Source: an uncultured archaeon
GTDB taxonomy: Archaea; Thermoproteota; EX4484-205; JAAOZP01
NCBI GenBank assembly: GCA_938045545.1
Contig: CALIBN010000051.1
Location: 1 to 10,262, forward strand
Length of the DNA stretch: 10,262 nt
Reading direction: 5' to 3'
The position numbers were made by a program, and so were the translations under genes. Below the pieces are notes generated by a model. That model worked only from the letters and a program-made list of their open reading frames with translations. It was not told the DNA's origin and ran no database searches. Positions 8,001 through 10,262 of the stretch are shown here, piece by piece. The stretch's first letter is position 1. Each line of letters starts with the position of its first letter.

Positions 8001-8016
8001 TTCCAGTGGAAATGAA
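8001..8016 (+). promoter_or_regulatory. ORB core (mini-ORB)
   Basis: TTCCAGTGGAAATGAA matches the canonical archaeal ORB core TTCCAGTGGAAA; no G-string. Confidence 0.8.
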
Positions 8017-8104
8017 TAAGCCAAAAATGCAGCGTTTACGATCTTTAGGTAATAATTTGGAGGATTTCCTCTACAAAAAAGCGAAAAATGTGAAGATCAG
8101 TTAT

Positions 8105-8129
8105 CTCCAGTAGAAGTAAAGGGGTGGGG
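8105..8129 (+). promoter_or_regulatory. Full ORB with G-string
   Basis: CTCCAGTAGAAGTAAAGGGGTGGGG. Confidence 0.82.
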
Positions 8130-8191
8130 CTCCTTCACAGAAAAAGCATGAGAAAAAAGGAAAAGAAAAAGAAAGTAGGATGTAAAGAGTC

Positions 8192-8224
8192 GGAAAGGAG
8201 GAGACCAAAAAGGAAAGGAGGAGA
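8192..8224 (+). repeat. 13-bp direct repeat within the inter-ORB spacer
   Basis: GGAAAGGAGGAGA at 8192-8204 and 8212-8224 (20-bp period). Confidence 0.7.
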
Positions 8225-8261
8225 AAAAAGGGAATCTTCGGTAAAGAAGGGTAGTATAAGT

Positions 8262-8287
8262 CCGACACCCCTTCATTTCTTTTGGAG
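8262..8287 (-). promoter_or_regulatory. Full ORB with G-string, inverted relative to 8105-8129
   Basis: Minus strand reads CTCCAAAAGAAATGAAGGGGTGTCGG. Confidence 0.82.
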
Positions 8288-8442
8288 AAATGTTTGATAC
8301 GTGATGGGCTGAAAAAGGAATTTTATCTTATACTAAAAAATGATGGGTGAAAGCCTTTTAATAAATAATGCATCTCTAAAAATAGTGTGGAGAATAATTA
8401 ATTTAAATCATTATATTCTTCATGAAAAATAGAATGTGGAGA

Positions 8443-8461
8443 AGAAATGGAGGGGTGTGGG
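8443..8461 (+). promoter_or_regulatory. Degenerate/half ORB
   Basis: AGAAATGGAGGGGTGTGGG closely matches the 3' half of the 8262-8287 ORB but lacks the TCCA half. Confidence 0.55.
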
Positions 8462-8549
8462 CACTTATTTTTCTATCATTTTTGTGTATCTTTTTCTCTA
8501 AACAATTCTCCAATTCATTTTTCTTTAGAAAGAAATATCCAGCTTTCCG

Positions 8550-9767
8550 ATGGAGGCTACGAAGGGAACCACTGAAATACTGAATAGGGTGTTCGACAAT
8601 ATGTTTTTAAAGAGTAACATTTTCCGCAATAGAGATGCCTTAAGGCATGATTATATTCCTGATCATCTTCCCCATCGTGAAAATGAGATAAGATATATCG
8701 GTGAAGTTGTAGCTCCTCTCCTCCTACATAATAAGGCTTCCAACTTATTCGTTTATGGTAAACCGGGAACAGGAAAAACCGCTGTTGTAAGATTTGTTTT
8801 AAATGCTCTGTCTAAGAAAGCTTCTGAGTTAAGGGCAAACATAAGATGCGTAATGGTTAATTCAAGGATCGAGGGCTCCGAATACAGGGTTCTTGCATCT
8901 ATATCCCGGCAAATAGGGCTTTCAGTACCTTTTACAGGGTTAGCCACCGCGGAAGTTTTCAGAAGAATCGTCAATTACATAAAGGGCAATAATCTCTATC
9001 TTCTTATTGCTTTAGACGAGGTTGATGTGATTGTTAAAAAAGAAGGGGAGAACTTGCTTTATGAGCTTTCAAGGATTAATGAAAGCTTTTCTTCTCACAG
9101 AGTTTCCTTTATCGGAATTTCTAACGAGATAACGTTTAAACAGATTCTCGACCCTAGAATATTGAGTGCTTTAAGCGAAGAGGAGCTTGTTTTCAAACCA
9201 TATACTTCAGACGAGCTTTTCGATATTCTTACTGAGAGGGCTAAGGAAGCATTTTTTGATACTGTTTGCGATCCGTTGGTGATCAAATATATTGCAGCAC
9301 TCTCTGCTTCTGAACATGGGGATGCAAGAAGAGCACTTGACCTACTTAGAGTAGCAGCCGAGACGGCAGAGAGAGACCGTAAATCAGTGATAACAACGGA
9401 GTGTGTGCAGGAAGCCCTTAGGAAGATTGAAAGGGACCAGGTTAACGAAGTTATAAAAACGCTTCCAATCCAGAGTAAAATTCTTCTAGTTTCTATTTTG
9501 AGAAATCTTCGCGACCAGAGTGCTCAACATACCAGTGGAGAAATATACGCTGAATACAGAAACATGGTTGCAAACATAGGTTTAGAACCCTTGACTGATA
9601 GGCGACTTTCTTCTCTGCTTAACGAGCTGGAGTCAGCCGGTATAATCTCTTCCAAACTTGTTAACATGGGCAGGTATGGAAGAACTAAAAAATATAGCCT
9701 TTCAGTACCTCAAAACCATGTTTTTGAAGCCCTTAGGGAAGACACCCTTCTAAATGGTCTTTTATGA
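8550..9767 (+). CDS. cdc6: Orc1/Cdc6 replication initiator (AAA+ ATPase with C-terminal winged helix)
   Basis: IFRNRDALRHDYIPDHLPHRE N-terminus, Walker A GKPGTGKT, Walker B IALDEVD, FKPYTSDEL, sensor-2 HGDARRALDLLRVA, and wHTH LTDRRLSSLLNELESAGII...GRYGRTKK. Confidence 0.98.
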   Translation: MEATKGTTEILNRVFDNMFLKSNIFRNRDALRHDYIPDHLPHRENEIRYIGEVVAPLLLHNKASNLFVYGKPGTGKTAVVRFVLNALSKKASELRANIRCVMVNSRIEGSEYRVLASISRQIGLSVPFTGLATAEVFRRIVNYIKGNNLYLLIALDEVDVIVKKEGENLLYELSRINESFSSHRVSFIGISNEITFKQILDPRILSALSEEELVFKPYTSDELFDILTERAKEAFFDTVCDPLVIKYIAALSASEHGDARRALDLLRVAAETAERDRKSVITTECVQEALRKIERDQVNEVIKTLPIQSKILLVSILRNLRDQSAQHTSGEIYAEYRNMVANIGLEPLTDRRLSSLLNELESAGIISSKLVNMGRYGRTKKYSLSVPQNHVFEALREDTLLNGLL

Positions 9768-9807
9768 GCCGCGAGAACCCTACCCAAGTTTCCAGTCAAA
9801 GTCTGCA

Positions 9808-9820
9808 GAAAACATAAAAA
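9808..9820 (+). promoter_or_regulatory. Putative BRE/TATA promoter of the tRNA
   Basis: GAAAACATAAAAA ends 26 nt upstream of the mature tRNA 5' end. Confidence 0.5.
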
Positions 9821-9846
9821 GCAAGCCTTAGAATAGTGCTTATCGC

Positions 9847-9950
9847 GCCGTGGTGGCGGAGTGGCTAACGCGCCGGGCTCGAGACCCGGTTCCCCTCTAC
9901 GGGGAGCGCAGGTTCAAAAGGCATTAGGCCGGAGACTCCTGCCCACGGCG
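9847..9950 (+). tRNA. tRNA-Ser(CGA) with an 18-nt intron at position 59/60 (9919-9936); CCA not encoded
   Basis: Acceptor stem GCCGTGG/CCACGGC with discriminator G. Anticodon arm CCGGG-CT-CGA-GA-CCCGG (anticodon 9880-9882). Long variable arm TCCCC-TCTAC-GGGGA. Removing 9919-9936 restores the T arm GCAGG-TTCAAAT-CCTGC. Mature length 86 nt. Confidence 0.95.
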
Positions 9951-9977
9951 TTAAATTTTCGCTCGCCTGCCCACGGC
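9938..9977 (+). repeat. Direct repeat of the tRNA 3' end (att-like)
   Basis: CCTGCCCACGGC at 9938-9949 and 9966-9977. Confidence 0.8.
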
Positions 9978-10143
9978 CATTTTTGAGATGTGGAATAGCC
10001 GCGTGTCAGGACAATGATGCGTCAGTTATTTCTACGATGCTGCTGGTGCACGTGGTCCCACTAGGCTAACATGGTTGTCATCACAATAAGTGTTTTTTAA
10101 CTCGGCTGACTGTTTAACCGTTATGATTCGCACACATTGATAT

Positions 10144-10262
10144 TCAGAGTCCCTGTTCTTCTAACAGTCTGTTCACATGCCTATAGTAGTCTTTTCTTCT
10201 CAGTTTCATTGCTGCAGCTTCGTCGACAATAATTATCGCATTAGGATGCATTTGCAGTATTG
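10144..10262 (-). CDS. nagB: C-terminus of glucosamine-6-phosphate deaminase-like protein (partial)
   Basis: The frame from 10260 reads ILQMHPNAIIIVDEAAAMKLRRKDYYRHVNRLLEEQGL*, matching the NagB C-terminal motif (S)xLQxHxxxxxxxDExAAxxL. Only 38 aa are visible. Confidence 0.75.
   Translation of the reverse strand, partial: ILQMHPNAIIIVDEAAAMKLRRKDYYRHVNRLLEEQGL

Larger units (their letters stand above)
7972..8549. other. oriC: Chromosomal replication origin (oriC) upstream of orc1/cdc6
   Basis: ~580-bp AT-rich intergenic region directly upstream of orc1/cdc6 containing several origin recognition box (ORB) motifs with G-strings, including an inverted pair. Confidence 0.88.

Noticed and set aside
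7967-8549. CRISPR array in the repeat-containing intergenic region
   Set aside because: There are no regularly spaced identical repeats with unique spacers; the repeats are better explained as ORBs.
8753-9286. Minus-strand ORFs 8753-8974 and 9095-9286
   Set aside because: Both are antisense to cdc6.

Overview
Archaeal chromosomal window, probably a TACK-type lineage (inference). The right half is a replication-origin locus: orc1/cdc6 (8550-9767) with ORB elements upstream, two convergent winged-helix genes, a tRNA-Ser(CGA) with a non-canonical T-loop intron and a duplicated 3' end, and the 3' end of a nagB-like gene. The left half is a minus-strand operon. A 491-aa secreted protein is coupled through an ATGA overlap to a giant ORF that the ORF track misses (4947 to <1, at least 1649 codons, no stop found on manual translation). 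The giant protein has a multi-pass membrane N-terminus, a long repeat-rich extracellular region with CBM-like and Ig-like domains, and a hydrophobic glycine-zipper segment, then continues off the window. This layout suggests an archaeal contact-dependent or polymorphic-toxin-like surface system. A candidate ~125-nt structured RNA lies between the two halves.
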